From Sphyrna mokarran (taxonomy: Eukaryota), in assembly GCA_024679065.1 (NCBI GenBank), contig JAGIQG010000020.1, positions 17,360,001-17,424,000 on the forward strand: 64,000 bases of DNA, read 5' to 3'. The notes beneath the pieces were generated by a model. The model was given only the letters and a program-made list of their open reading frames with translations, did not search any database and was not told the origin of the DNA. This document shows, piece by piece, positions 50,921-62,770 of this stretch (positions are counted from its first letter, which is position 1; each line of letters opens with the position of its first letter). The position numbers and the translations under genes are program-made.

Positions 50921-52366
50921 TATAGTTGTTGGCAGCCATGTTGTATACAGCTCACAAATCACCAGTTAATCTGTTCTTGGTGTTAGCGGTTGAAGAAATA
51001 TTGTTCAGTGGTAGAGCTTTGGGCAGTGCCAGAGTATCCATTATTTTCCTTTCTCTGAGTGTCATATCTCAGCTGGTAACCACAGCAGTGCAGTAGACTG
51101 AGAGTTTGATCCCACAATCTTTGAGTACTCAAATTGGTAGCAGCCAATGACAGAAAATTACAGATTTTAAAACTTAGAATTTGGGCTTTTTTTATTATTA
51201 GGTCAAATCCTATGTAACCGATTTCCTTTGGTTTCCTAGTGTGTCAAGATAATATAGAAGAAACAAGTGTTGTTTTCCAGTCATTTGACAGTTGTATTTG
51301 AGCAATCAAGACATAATTGCATATAATTTACAAGTCTGTGTTGGTGCTCAACGTGAGCCCCATTTTAGTCCTTTTTTCTTCATGTACCTTACTTTAGATT
51401 AATCTTTTACACAGATCAACTGCACCACACTTATAGGAAGTCTGCATAAACTTATGCTGAGCTCCTTATTGGATTTATTAATGACTAATAAAAATTTATG
51501 GTCCTTAATTTGGACTCGCAAGTAGGGTATATATAGTCAATGTATTTCTACCAAACCGCATTATACTTTTGAACACCTCCATTGGATCATCCCTCAGCTT
51601 TCTCCTTCACTAGACAGGGGAAAAAAATCCTCACCTGTTGATTCTTTCCTGAATAGTTACAACACCTCAGTTCTGGTAACTCTTGTAATTTTTTTCTGCT
51701 GCTTATACATTTGTCCTGACTAAAATTAGTGTTTCTAACACAGTATGTTATAAATTAATATATTTTTCCTTAGAAAATATATTTCACCATCATGATGCCA
51801 TTCATATATTTGAAGGCCATTCAATGAAAATACCTAGAAAATTATAGAGGTAATGATTGTAAAGCTTGACTTGATGCATTATTTTGGAGCATGAGTAGTT
51901 GAAATTGTGTGCATTTATGGTGATTTGATTTTGCAACATAAATATGGCTATCCAATGCCCATTTGAATGCAGATTCTTAAAGCACTATGTCACTTCTAAA
52001 GTTAGTAAATGACATGTTTCAGAATCCTGTCTTTGCAGTAAAAGGAAAGAGTTGCTGTGCTGTTTTCGGTTGGGGGCTGTATTGCACATTTGTCAGAGCA
52101 TATACCTTCGGTAAGCTTTGAAAGATATGAGCTCAGAGTACATTGAAAGATTTTTATTTTATTATTGCACTGAAAGTTCAGGAACAGATGTAACTTGGGT
52201 AAATTTACTGTTTGGCAGTGTTATTGAGAGGCTTGGCAGGCTCTAGACATGGCTCTCTGGGTGAACATGTACCATAACTTCGTTCCTGGTAGCTTTTATA
52301 TCACTGTCTTGAGACTGGGATCTATTAAGATGATTTACCTGGGGACAGATGCAGGCTCTGACTTCA

Positions 52367-52607
52367 AGCACATGAGTAAAGGAGGAACAAAATAAAAGAT
52401 GTCTATATAACAAGCAATAGTTTTTAAAATTGGCTAATTACAATCTTTTGAAGCAGAGATTAAATTTTGCTTTTGTGTCAAATTCGATCTTAAGCTGTTT
52501 TGTTTAATACTTAGCCTTCTATAAAATCTGACCAACGTGCTGTCTTAACACTTTTTTCATGCGATAGAACTTTAAGACATCAGCTGAAATTTTGATTCTC
52601 TTGGAAA
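52367..52607 (+). repeat. donor copy of a local duplication (paired with 54042-54303)
   Basis: Near-identical sequence from AGCACATGAGTAAAGG to GATTCTCTTGGAAA at both loci. Confidence 0.92.
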
Positions 52608-53309
52608 CACTCACCCAAAGGCATGCGTATCATTTGTACTCTATTACAGACATAGTTCCTGCTAATGGATATCATTTTGCAGAAGGTATTGATCAATTGT
52701 TTTTTTTTCCCTTCTAAAGTCTCTTTTGAATAAGCTCCAGAGATTTGGGTTTGAATCTTAAAAACTTAGTTACTTAGGAATGGCACGACTGAATTAAGAT
52801 TTTTGCATTATAAGAAGAGACTTGAAAGTTTTTTAAATGATTAGGTGCGTAATTGAACTAACAGTCAAGGCAATTTAGTGAGTTTTGGCAGTTCTGAACT
52901 TTACATTACTATGTTGTTAAATGTTAAGCACATTTAACAATGTTTTGGAAATGTTGTGATTCCAGATGTACAATTCTGAGTTTGCATTTTCTGTGTTAGT
53001 TGTTGGGCAAATGTCATTGCACCAACAATTTTAAAGGAATAAATTAATGCTGTGGCACTTGGCTTCCCAGTGTTGGATTTGGAGAGTACCCCAAAGATGC
53101 ACTGCGGAATCCCTCTTGGAAGTTCCTAGGCAATGGTTCACCCAGCAATTGTCCAGAAGGACTAACTTCCTGCGGACAATTTTGCTGTGCTGGAAACCAT
53201 CCAACAAAGCAATTTAAATTGTTAACTTTGAGTGGATTTTGCCAGTTGTGCATTCGTAGTTACTCTGAGAGTAGGAAGTAAAAAAAGCACACTTTCAGCA
53301 TAACTATTT

Positions 53310-55367
53310 TAAACACCCAGACTGGCGATGACCCCACTTCATATTGGTCCAACCACTGATGTATCTCCCGTGTTTACTATCTAATGAAATCCATCAAAAA
53401 TGGCAGAAGACAGTACTGGATCAAGCTCGAGTCCTAGGAACCCTGCCGACTGTGGCAAGGTCTGTAAGACTTTATGACTGTAAGTCTGTAAGACTTAACA
53501 AGGTACAAGTTGTAAGATCGCTGGCATTAATCCATCCCTGCCCGATGACCTCAATGCATCCTATGCCCATTTTCAGTAAGAGATCAGCGGGAGTACACCC
53601 TCTACCTTTGAAGCCTTGAATGAACTTGATTGCGAGGTCACCATTGCAGGCATCAGAGCAGCTTTTTCAAAGATTAATCTACAGAAAGCTACTGATCTGG
53701 ATAGTGTAGCTGGATGAGCATTCAGATCCTGTGCGGACCAGCTGTCAGGGGTATTTGCAGACACCTTCAACCTCTCTTTATAACAATTTGAGGTCCCTAT
53801 TTGCTTCAAGAAGGTGACCATCATTCCAATACTAAAGAAAAGCCGAACAGAGTGCCTTTAATGACTATTATCTGGTGGCTGTGATATCAATCATTATGAA
53901 GTGCTTCTAAAGATTAGTCATCGCATGAATCAATTCTGGCTTTCCATATTGCCTGGATCCGCTATAGTTCGCCTACCACTGCTGCAGGTCCAAGCAGACA
54001 CCATCTCTCTGGCCCCACGCTCAATTCTGGGGCACCTAGATAGCACATGAGTAAAGGAGGAACAAAATAAAAGATGTCTATACAATAAGCAATTGATATA
54101 CAATAAGCAATTAATATACAATTAAAATTGGCTAATTACACCCTTTTGAAGTAGAGATTAAATCATGCTTTTGTCAAATTCGATCTTAGGCTGTTTTGTT
54201 TAACACCAGCCTTCTATAAAATCTGACCAACATGCTGTCTTAACACTTTTTTCACGCGATAGAACTTTAAGACATCAGCTGAAAATTTTGATTCTCTTGG
54301 AAAAGCTATGTCAGACTCCTATTTATGAACTATACCTCTGCCTTCAACACCATTATTCTTACAAAACGCATCTTCAAACTCTGTGGCTTCCCTCTGCGAC
54401 TGGATTCTGAACTTCCTAACCCACAGACCATAACTAGTAAGGATAGGCAACAACAGCACTTCCAGGATTATCTTCAAGACTGGTACCCCAAAAGACTGTG
54501 TCTTCAACTCCTTCCTATACTGCTTATACACACATGACTGAGGACAAATTTCCTGTCAAGTTGATTTTCAAGTTTGCTGATGACACCACCATTGTGGTTC
54601 GGATCTCAAACAGTGACAAGATGGAATACAGTAAAGAGATAGAGAAACTGGTCTGGTAACAACAATCTTTCTCTGAATGTCAACAAAAGAGAGAAAGTCA
54701 TTGACTTCAGAAAGCATGGCAGAGAATATGCCCCATTTCAATGTCAGTTAGAAATGGTCGAGAGCTTCAAGTCTTTAGATGTCCAGATCACCAACAACCT
54801 GTCCTGGTCCCTCCATGTTGACATAATAAAGCCCACCAATGCCTCTACTCTCAGAAGAAGGAAATTTGGCATATCAGCTACGCTTTTCACTAACTTTTAC
54901 AGATGCATCACTGAAGGCATTCTTTGTGGTTGTATCACAGCTTGGTATGGCTTCTACTCTGTCCAAGACAGCAAGAAACTATGAAGGATTGTGAATAAAG
55001 CCCAGTCCATCACTCAAACCAGCCTCCTATCCATTGACACTGTCTACACTTCTTGCTGCCTTGGCAAAGGACCCCATGCACCCTGGGCATACCCTTCCAC
55101 CTTCTTCCATTGGGGAAAAGATACAAAAGTCTGAGATCGTGTACCAACCAACTCAAGAACAGCTTCTTCCCTGCTGCCATCAGACTTTCGAATGGACCTA
55201 CCTCACATTAAGTTGGTCTTTCTCTACACTGTAGCAATGACTGTAACACTAAATTTTGCATTCTCTCTCTTCCTTCTATGTGAACAGTATGCTTTGTCTG
55301 CATAGCATAAGAAACAATACTTTTCACTTTATACTAATACGTGTAACAATAATAAATCAAATCAAAA
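53310..55367 (+). mobile_element. Rex1/Babar-like LINE (RT and 3' end), decayed
   Basis: RSCADQLSGVFADTFNLSL, LDPL.FAY, SAFNTII, KFADDTT, LFTNFYRCITEGILCGCITAWYG; tail AATAAATCAAATCAAA. Confidence 0.85.
54042..54303 (+). repeat. copy of 52367-52607 inserted into the LINE RT
   Basis: Interrupts LGHLD...SYVRLLF; carries an added tandem duplication of TATACAATAAGCAATT. Confidence 0.92.
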
Positions 55368-56511
55368 TAGGCAATACCTGGGACACAAGTGCTGGTGGAG
55401 GAGTATGCCAGAGATTGCTCTGGATCTGAACCACACCTCAGGTATAGTATCAGATTGGAACTTGTATGACTAATTCATATGCAGATTAAGTGGAGCCCCG
55501 GTCTGATTGAGAACAAGGAGCAGTATATGATCTTGTCCAACAAATGTTATATAGTTGCTACCGAAGAAGATAAGGCTAAAGACTGTCAAGACGGCTAGAT
55601 GCTGACATTTTGCAGTAGAGCAAGCTGTTCAGAGGGAAGTGGGATGTTGAGTTTAATCTGACAGGAAAATTCAACAGTTAGAGAAACAAATGATATTCTT
55701 TTGTAAGATGATCGAGAATGGACTTAATACATAGACACCCAGGTCGCAAAGTGATAGAATGTATGAAGGCAGAAATTAGACAAGTGTAGAATTTATAAAT
55801 GTAGAGACGCAGTTAACATGACGGAAAGGCAGCATGTTTTAACAGGCATTTTTATTTACATATAGATTAGAATAAGCAGACGAGCACCTATCAGAAAGAA
55901 AGTGAATTTCTGGAGTTTGTCCGGGATAGCTTTCTGCAACTCTTTGTCTTGGAGGGCATGTCATATTAATTATGTAGACAGTAAAGGCTAATGAGCCAGC
56001 CTAAAGCTGTGTGAACAGTTATCTAATAGTGATCATAATATATTTGAATCACGTGTAGTGTTTAAGTGAGAGGAGATCACAAAACAGCTGCTAAAATTTC
56101 ATATTTGGATAATGTTGACTTGCTTGTGATGAGATTATGTCCAGAATAAACTGGAAAAAGCTGTTAATACATAAAATTATGGACAATCTAATTGAAGATA
56201 TTTAAAGAACTTGTGATACAGTGACAGTTTACTCAAGAGCAATAACTTTACTTGCCAATAAAAGCCATGAGTGACTAAAGAACTTAAGTTGATTATACTG
56301 AATGATAGTATGTTCAAAAATACAAAAACTGGGTGTAAATCCTGGCACCTGGAAGAGAAAGAATCAAAGATGGTAACATAAAAAATATAGAAACTGGCAA
56401 CAGATATCAAAATCACAAACTTGAGTTGTTTTGGGGGAAAGACTGGTCAGGGCAATATGAGCGCCATGAAAGCTGATGATAATCTTGTTGATAAAAATAA
56501 GGAAATGATAC

Positions 56512-57631
56512 TTAAGCAAGGTGTTTGATAAGGTCTCCCATGCAAGGCTTATTGAGAAAGTGAGGGGGCATGGGATCCAAGGGGACATTGCTTTGTGGAT
56601 CCAGAACTGGCTTGCCCACAGAAGGCAGAGAGCAGTTATAGATGGATGTTTTTCTGCATGAGGTCTGTCTCCAATGGAGTGCCCCCAGGGAGTTGTTCTA
56701 GGATTCTTGCTGTTTTGTAATTTTTATAAATGATCTGGATGAGGAAGTGGAGGGATGAGTTGGTAAGTTTGCCAATGACACAAAGGTCAGAGGTGTTGTG
56801 GATAGTTTGGAGGGATGTCAGAAGTTGCAGCGTGACATTGATAGGATGCAAGACTGGGTGAAGAGGTGGCAGATGGATTTCAACCCGGATAAATGTGTAG
56901 TGGTACATTTTGGCAGTCAAATGGGACGAAACAATGTAATATTAAGGGTAAGATTCTTAGCAATGTGGAAGATCAGAAGGATCTTGGGGTCTGGGTTCAT
57001 AAGACTCTCAAATCGGCTTCGCAGGTAGAGGATGTGGTTAAGAAGGTATGTAGTGTACTGGCCTTCATCAATCGAGGATTGATGGAGATAATGCTGCAAC
57101 TCTATAAGACCCTGTTCAGACCTCACTTGGAGTACTGTGCTCAGTTCTGGTTGCCTCATTACAGGAACGATGTGGAAGCCATTGAAAGGGTGCAGAGAGG
57201 ATTTACAAGGATGTTACCTGGATTGGATGGCATGCCTTATGAGGGTAGGTTGAGAGAGTTTGGTCTTTTCTCCTTGAGAGATGAAGGTTGAGAGGGGACC
57301 TGATGGAGTGTATAAAATGATTAGAGGTATTGATGAAGTGGATTCTCAGAGGCTTTTTCCCAGGGCTGAAATGGCTGCCACAAGAGAACACAGGTTTAAA
57401 GTGCTGAGGAGTAGGTACAGAGATGTCAGGGTAAATTTTTCACTCAAAGGATGGTGGGTGAGTAGAATCGGCTGCTGTCAATGGTGGTGGAGGCAAATTT
57501 GGTAGGGTCTTTTAATAAACTTCTCAATCAGTACATGGGACTTAATAGGGTTGAGGGTTATAGGTAAGCCGAGTAGATAGAGGTATGATCGGCTGAAGGG
57601 CCTGTTTGTGCTATAGTTTTTCTATGATTCT
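56512..57631 (+). mobile_element. younger 5'-truncated CR1 (HER1-like) nested in the old CR1
   Basis: FDKVSH, FINDLD, KFANDTK, LYKTLFRPHLEYCAQFWLPHYRNDVEAIERVQRGFTRMLPG; tail TTCTATGATTCTATG; candidate TSD ATGATAC (56505-56511, 57632-57638). Confidence 0.9.
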
Positions 57632-58014
57632 ATGATACAATGTTGGATAATTACTTTAAGCTGGTATTTACAATGGAGGAAGAGGATAGCTTGCTGAGTA
57701 TTGAAAGCAAATTAATACTTAAATGTGGGATGGGAGCTAGTCAGAATAAATGTGGGGAAAATACTTGTACTAAAGATTGATAGAAACTCCAACCAAATGG
57801 TTTCCATCACAGACTTTTGAAGGAACTAGGTGAAACCATTGGAAGATTATATAGTGAGGACATCTGCAAAGTGTTCTCAATTTGAGAACTATTCCTTTAA
57901 ATTGAAAAATTGTGGATTTTGCGCAGCTATTAAAAAAAGGTAAGAAAGCGAAGCCGCAAATTGTGAAATAATTAACCTTTCAGCTATCAGAACAGCTGTA
58001 GATTTTAAATAAGT

Positions 58015-58308
58015 AGCATAATGGTTAGCACTGCTGCTTCACAGCCCCAGGGACCTGGGTTCGATTCCTGGCTTGGGTCACTGTGTGGAGTCTGCACATT
58101 CTCCTCGTGTCAATATGGGTTTCCTCCCACAGTCCAAAGTTATGCGTGTCATGCTAAATTTGCCTTAGTATTTTGGATGTGTAGGTTAGAGAGATTAGAG
58201 GGTAAACGTGTGGAGATATGGGGATAGGGCCTGGTGGGATTGTGGTCGGTAAAGACTCGATGAGCCGGAGAGCCTCTTTCTGCACTGTTGGGTTCTGTGT
58301 TCTATGTT
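58015..58308 (+). mobile_element. HE1/V-SINE-type SINE
   Basis: GGTTAGCACTGCTGCTTCACAGC...GGGTTCGATTCC...TTCTGTGTTCTATG tail. Confidence 0.9.
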
Positions 58309-59006
58309 ATATCTGACAAATCTGATTGAACTTTTTAAATGGATAATTAAAGTAGTGGAGAAGGAAATGTCAGTGGCTGTTCGTAAGGTTTCCAGATAGA
58401 TTTGATGAATGGCCTGTTGCAAGACATTTGGCTAAAACAGAAGTTCATGGAATTTTAAGACAAATTACTGACCTGGTTAGAAGATTGGCTGAATGACAAG
58501 CAACGCCATAGCGATAAATGGCAAGAATGTGATGGCAGGATGTGTCTGGTGGAATTCTGGAAGGATCTTTGGTAGAGCTCAATTCATTGTTTTTATTAAT
58601 AACTCAAATGATTGTCACATTCAGATTTGCCAAATGAGATAGAGTATGCAGAGTCAAAAACTCTGTAGATTCGAGATCTTAATAAATTGTGGGAAAAACT
58701 GACAAATAAAGGATTATACTAAGTACTTCCTAAATGGTGAAAACTAAGAAACCAAAACTATCCAAAGGGATTTTGGGATATACATCAATAAAATACCATG
58801 GACAGATGTAGAAAATAATCAGAAAGGCTTTTGAAACAGTGCTTTTTATCGCAAGTGGATATTTTAGCCAGAAGAATGGGGGAGATAAAATGCAGGAGGA
58901 GAATAAGAGCATAAAATATTGAAGGCGGCAGAGGAGGTTCATAGGTAAATTGAGCCTGTCTTATATAACAAGTTGTATAGAATCAAAAGCAAGAAGTTAT
59001 TGTGAA

Positions 59007-59179
59007 TCCCTATATTGCAGGAGGTCGTCAATTGGCCCATCAAGTCTGCACCAGTTTTCTGACAGAGCATCTTACACAAGACTTATCCCTATAACCCCAT
59101 GTATTTATCATACTAATCCCCCTAACCTATATTTAAGGGGTAATTTAGTGTGGCTAACCCACCTAACCTGCACATCTTT
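59007..59179 (-). mobile_element. 5'-truncated HE1-type SINE
   Basis: Reverse of the SINE 3' half; flanked by GTTATTGTGAA (58996-59006) and GTTATAGTGAA (59180-59190). Confidence 0.75.
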
Positions 59180-61221
59180 GTTATAGTGAAAAATTTGACC
59201 TTCAGTGGAATATTTTGGCTAATTTTGGCCATCTACCTGAGGAGGGATGTAAAAGCATTGGAGAGAGTCAAGAAAAGATTTTTGAGAATGGCTGTTGGAA
59301 TGAGGGACTTTAGTTACAAAAACAGATTGGAGAAACTGGGATCATTTTTAAAGGAGGTTTGATGGAGGTGATTAAAATCATGAGGCATATCCATTGACAG
59401 CAGTAATGATGTGTTACAGATCAATTGGAGTTCAAGATGTTGTGGCAACATTCATCGTTGCATAGTAGAAGCTCCAACTTTTTTCTCATAACATGGCTGC
59501 CCAGGAATCTTTTCAACTCTTGCTTGCCAGTAGCATGTTTTGAAAGGATTTACACGTTGATGATTAACCTGTTTAGCTGCGTTATGAATGCACCTTCTTT
59601 GGCCATCAAGTCCGTGTTGGGATTTGAACCAGTAGCTTCTGGCTTAGAGGCATGAGTGCAACCAATCATACTACTAGACTTCTATTCTCGACAGAGTAAA
59701 TGGATAGAAATTGTTAACTCATGATGGGTTTGAGAACCAAAGAACACTAAGTAATGGAAATTGGCAAAAGAACCAAAGAAAGATGGGGAAATCTTTTTAA
59801 TACAGTAAGTGGTTAAGATCTGGAATGCACTACATGTGTGTGGTGGAGGCAGATTCAGACATGGCTTTCAAAGAGAATTGAGTGATTATTTCCACAGATT
59901 TGTGGAGGAAAGGTGGCAGAGTGATACTGGCTGAATTGCTCTTGCAAAGAACTGACGCAATAGGTTAAATACCCCTGACCTGTGCCGTACCCATTCTGTA
60001 ATTTTATGAACAAGCTTCAGTGGTTTTAGCTCTTAATTTCAGAACAGCAGACTTTTATTTTATGGACTATTAATGCATTGAATTTGATGACTGATACTCC
60101 GGTAAGTTATTTTACAAACTACCTTTTATGTATAGCAAATTTTCCAAACAATTACTGTTGAAATAATTTACTTGCTATTTAGGTGGTATCTTCAATCTGC
60201 GTCTTCATGCAAAATGTAAATATTGAGAGGGAATCGTTTTATGAAGTTACTTTACAAAGATCTAGCAGACAGAACTAGTAATAATTATGCATCAGGACTT
60301 GGATGAAGTTTCATTGTTGGCACTTATTGTGACAAAGGCTGAAATTGGAGGCTTCTTGCCACGTTCAATGATTTTTTTCTGAAAAGGAACTTTTCAGACT
60401 GAAGCTGACAAGACCTGGAGTATTATCAAATTTTGAAGAAAAAATTTTTTTTGGTGCAACTTGGATGTAAAGGAGGCTCCTCCCACTAGTAAGGTTGACT
60501 CTTGATTAATCATGGTTGATATTTTAGCAAAAATATCATGCTAAGTTATCAAATTTGGCTTGCTTCATACCATAACTGATCTTAATAATTGACATTCACA
60601 TCAGAGTTCTGAGTTGTTTATAGTAGTAGAATAAATTGAATACAGTTTTATTGGAATTTCATAGTGGCCCAGATGTTGTCCGAATTTTCCCGGGCTTGAC
60701 ACAGTTCTGTGTTCCTCCTGTTAGCTTTTGGAGCACAACTTTTCCAAAAATGCAGAGCTTGGGAAAGTCCATTGTAGCAGAGTAGAATCTGGAGATAAGA
60801 CAGTCCCTATTTTACAGCATTATTTGCTGTGTGGTAAGATTAAAGTTTTTGAATGGGTAGGATGAGAAGTGTGGGTGGAGGTGGGAATAGAATGAAATGG
60901 GGAGTTGGGGACCTAGTTCTGGAGTTACCCAGGTGTTCAACTAGATTTTAATCTGTTTAACACTTTCTGGATAACTATTTGGGAAAGGTGCACCAGAACT
61001 GTCCCAAGTCTTCAGCTGAAGATATTCTTAGTGTCTTGGAGAGCAGAGAATTTCACTTTGGAAGTTGAAACTTCTGGGCAACTCCTACATAGGTCAGCAT
61101 GTCAAGACTTGCACAGGGTCTGGCATGCATGTTCAGTTGTACTTTAGGTCTCTGACAATCCAGAGATGAGAAAATTTGGCTTTACACCATTTATGATGTT
61201 TCTCTGACTAACTTGAAAATA

Positions 61222-61700
61222 CACTTCAGCAGTCATGGGCATTCGGCCTCCGACCTGCGGGTAAATGTTCTTCAAGGGGGCCTTCGTGACACACGACAGC
61301 GCAGAGTTGCTGAGCAGAGACTGATAGCCAAGTTCCGCACACATGAGGACGGTCTTAACAGGAATCTTGGCTTCATGTCACACTATCTGTAACCCCCCTA
61401 ACTTGCCTGCATTAGCAAAAAAACTCACTTACTGTGCTGTCTGGAGAAAATACACAATTCTCTAACCAATGCTCAGGATTTCCTTCACACACATTGTTAG
61501 CCACTTTAACACTTGAATAGCAGGTTAGATGTAAGGATTCGCATTCTAATCAGCAATCTGTAACTGTCTGTGTGGATATGAGTGCTATTGCAGACCAGAA
61601 CACTGCATTTGCCTGACAAAGGCTATAAAGTCGAAAGCTCGCGAATTTACTATCAAATAAATTGGTTGGATTTAAAATTGGTGTTGTAAAACTTTACTAA
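61222..61700 (+). mobile_element. Penelope-like element 3' fragment: GIY-YIG endonuclease C-terminus, 3'UTR and pLTR tail
   Basis: Open frame 61222-61392 HFSSHGHSASDLRVNVLQGGLRDTRQRRVAEQRLIAKFRTHEDGLNRNLGFMSHYL* (HF..H, R..E, GLN motifs). 61604-61690 is homologous to the 12.2 kb palindrome arm. Confidence 0.85.
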
Positions 61701-61892
61701 CTTGAAAATAACCAAATTAAAGACTTTAAATCACAGGTTTCAAAATTGATTTGCAGTGACCAGTCATTGGGACCGTGAACTCAAGAACAAGAAATGGTGG
61801 CTGTTGACTGGAGATTTTACCTGGGTGTGCATTTGTTTCCCCATGTTCTTTGTCAAGGGACAGCTTTTTGCTAGACTTACTCATCTATTCAT

Positions 61893-62330
61893 AGGTCGCC
61901 GTACTACTGGAAGGATGTGGAGGTCCTAGAGAGAATGCAGAGGAGATTTACCAGGATGCTGCCTGGTATGGAAGGGCTGTCTTACGAGGAAAGATTGAAT
62001 GCACTGGGGTTGTTTTCCCTTGAAAGACGTCGGCTGAGAGGGGATCTATTAGAGGTATATAAGATTATAAAGGGTATAGATAGAGTAAATGGTGGTAAGC
62101 TTTTTCCACCATTAGAAATGGATAGAACGAGGGGTCATGGCCTTAGGGTGAGGGGGGGCTATGTATAAGACGAATATTAGAGGGCATTTTTTCACACAAA
62201 GGGTAGTGGGGGTGTGGAATGCACTACCGAGTAAGGTGGTGGGAGCAGGCCCGCTAGGGTTGTTTAAGGGTCTCCTGGACAGCCACATGAGCGGTCTGCA
62301 GATAGAGGGATATAGGAGGACTGTTTAAAT
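61893..62330 (+). mobile_element. well-preserved CR1 3' fragment
   Basis: VLERMQRRFTRMLPGMEGLSYEERLNALGLFSLERRRLRGDLLEVYKIIKGIDRV. Confidence 0.92.
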
Positions 62331-62479
62331 ACTTTATTTGTTTCCACAGGCTATTCGGTCCACCTTGTTGACCAACAAGGTGCATGCATTCGGCAGGTCG
62401 TGCAAGGGCTGCTCTTGGAGGTTACTTCAGGAGTGGCCTAGTGCTTCACGTCGTTAGTGTACGCTTAAACTGGACCATC

Positions 62480-62770
62480 AGATGGGCAACATGACAGCTC
62501 AGAGACTATCGCTGTTGCTGTGCAGATACATGGATTTGGGCCTGTGTCTGCGGGAGTTTGTGCGTTCTCCCCGTGGTTGCGTGGGTTTTCTCTGGGTGCT
62601 CCGGTTTCCTCCCACATCCCAAAAATGTGCTCTTTGGCTGATTGGGTAACAAATTGTCCCTATATTTGTCTCTATGTGTCATTAAGACGTTAGGATGGCG
62701 GTGCAGGCTCGTTGGGCCGAAGGGCCTGTTTCCCGTGCTGTGTTTTTCTTTGTTCTTTGTATTCAGTTCG
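62480..62770 (+). mobile_element. V-domain-containing SINE or LINE tail
   Basis: GGAGTTTGTGCGTTCTCCCCGTGG...GTGCTCCGGTTTCCTCCCACA...GGGCCGAAGGGCCTGTTTCCCGTGCTG. Confidence 0.7.

Larger units (their letters stand above)
55840..60005 (+). mobile_element. old CR1 LINE scaffold with several nested insertions
   Basis: Endonuclease SDHN (~56028); later YLRRDVKALERVKKRFLRM; CR1 tail near 59950-60005. Confidence 0.7.
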
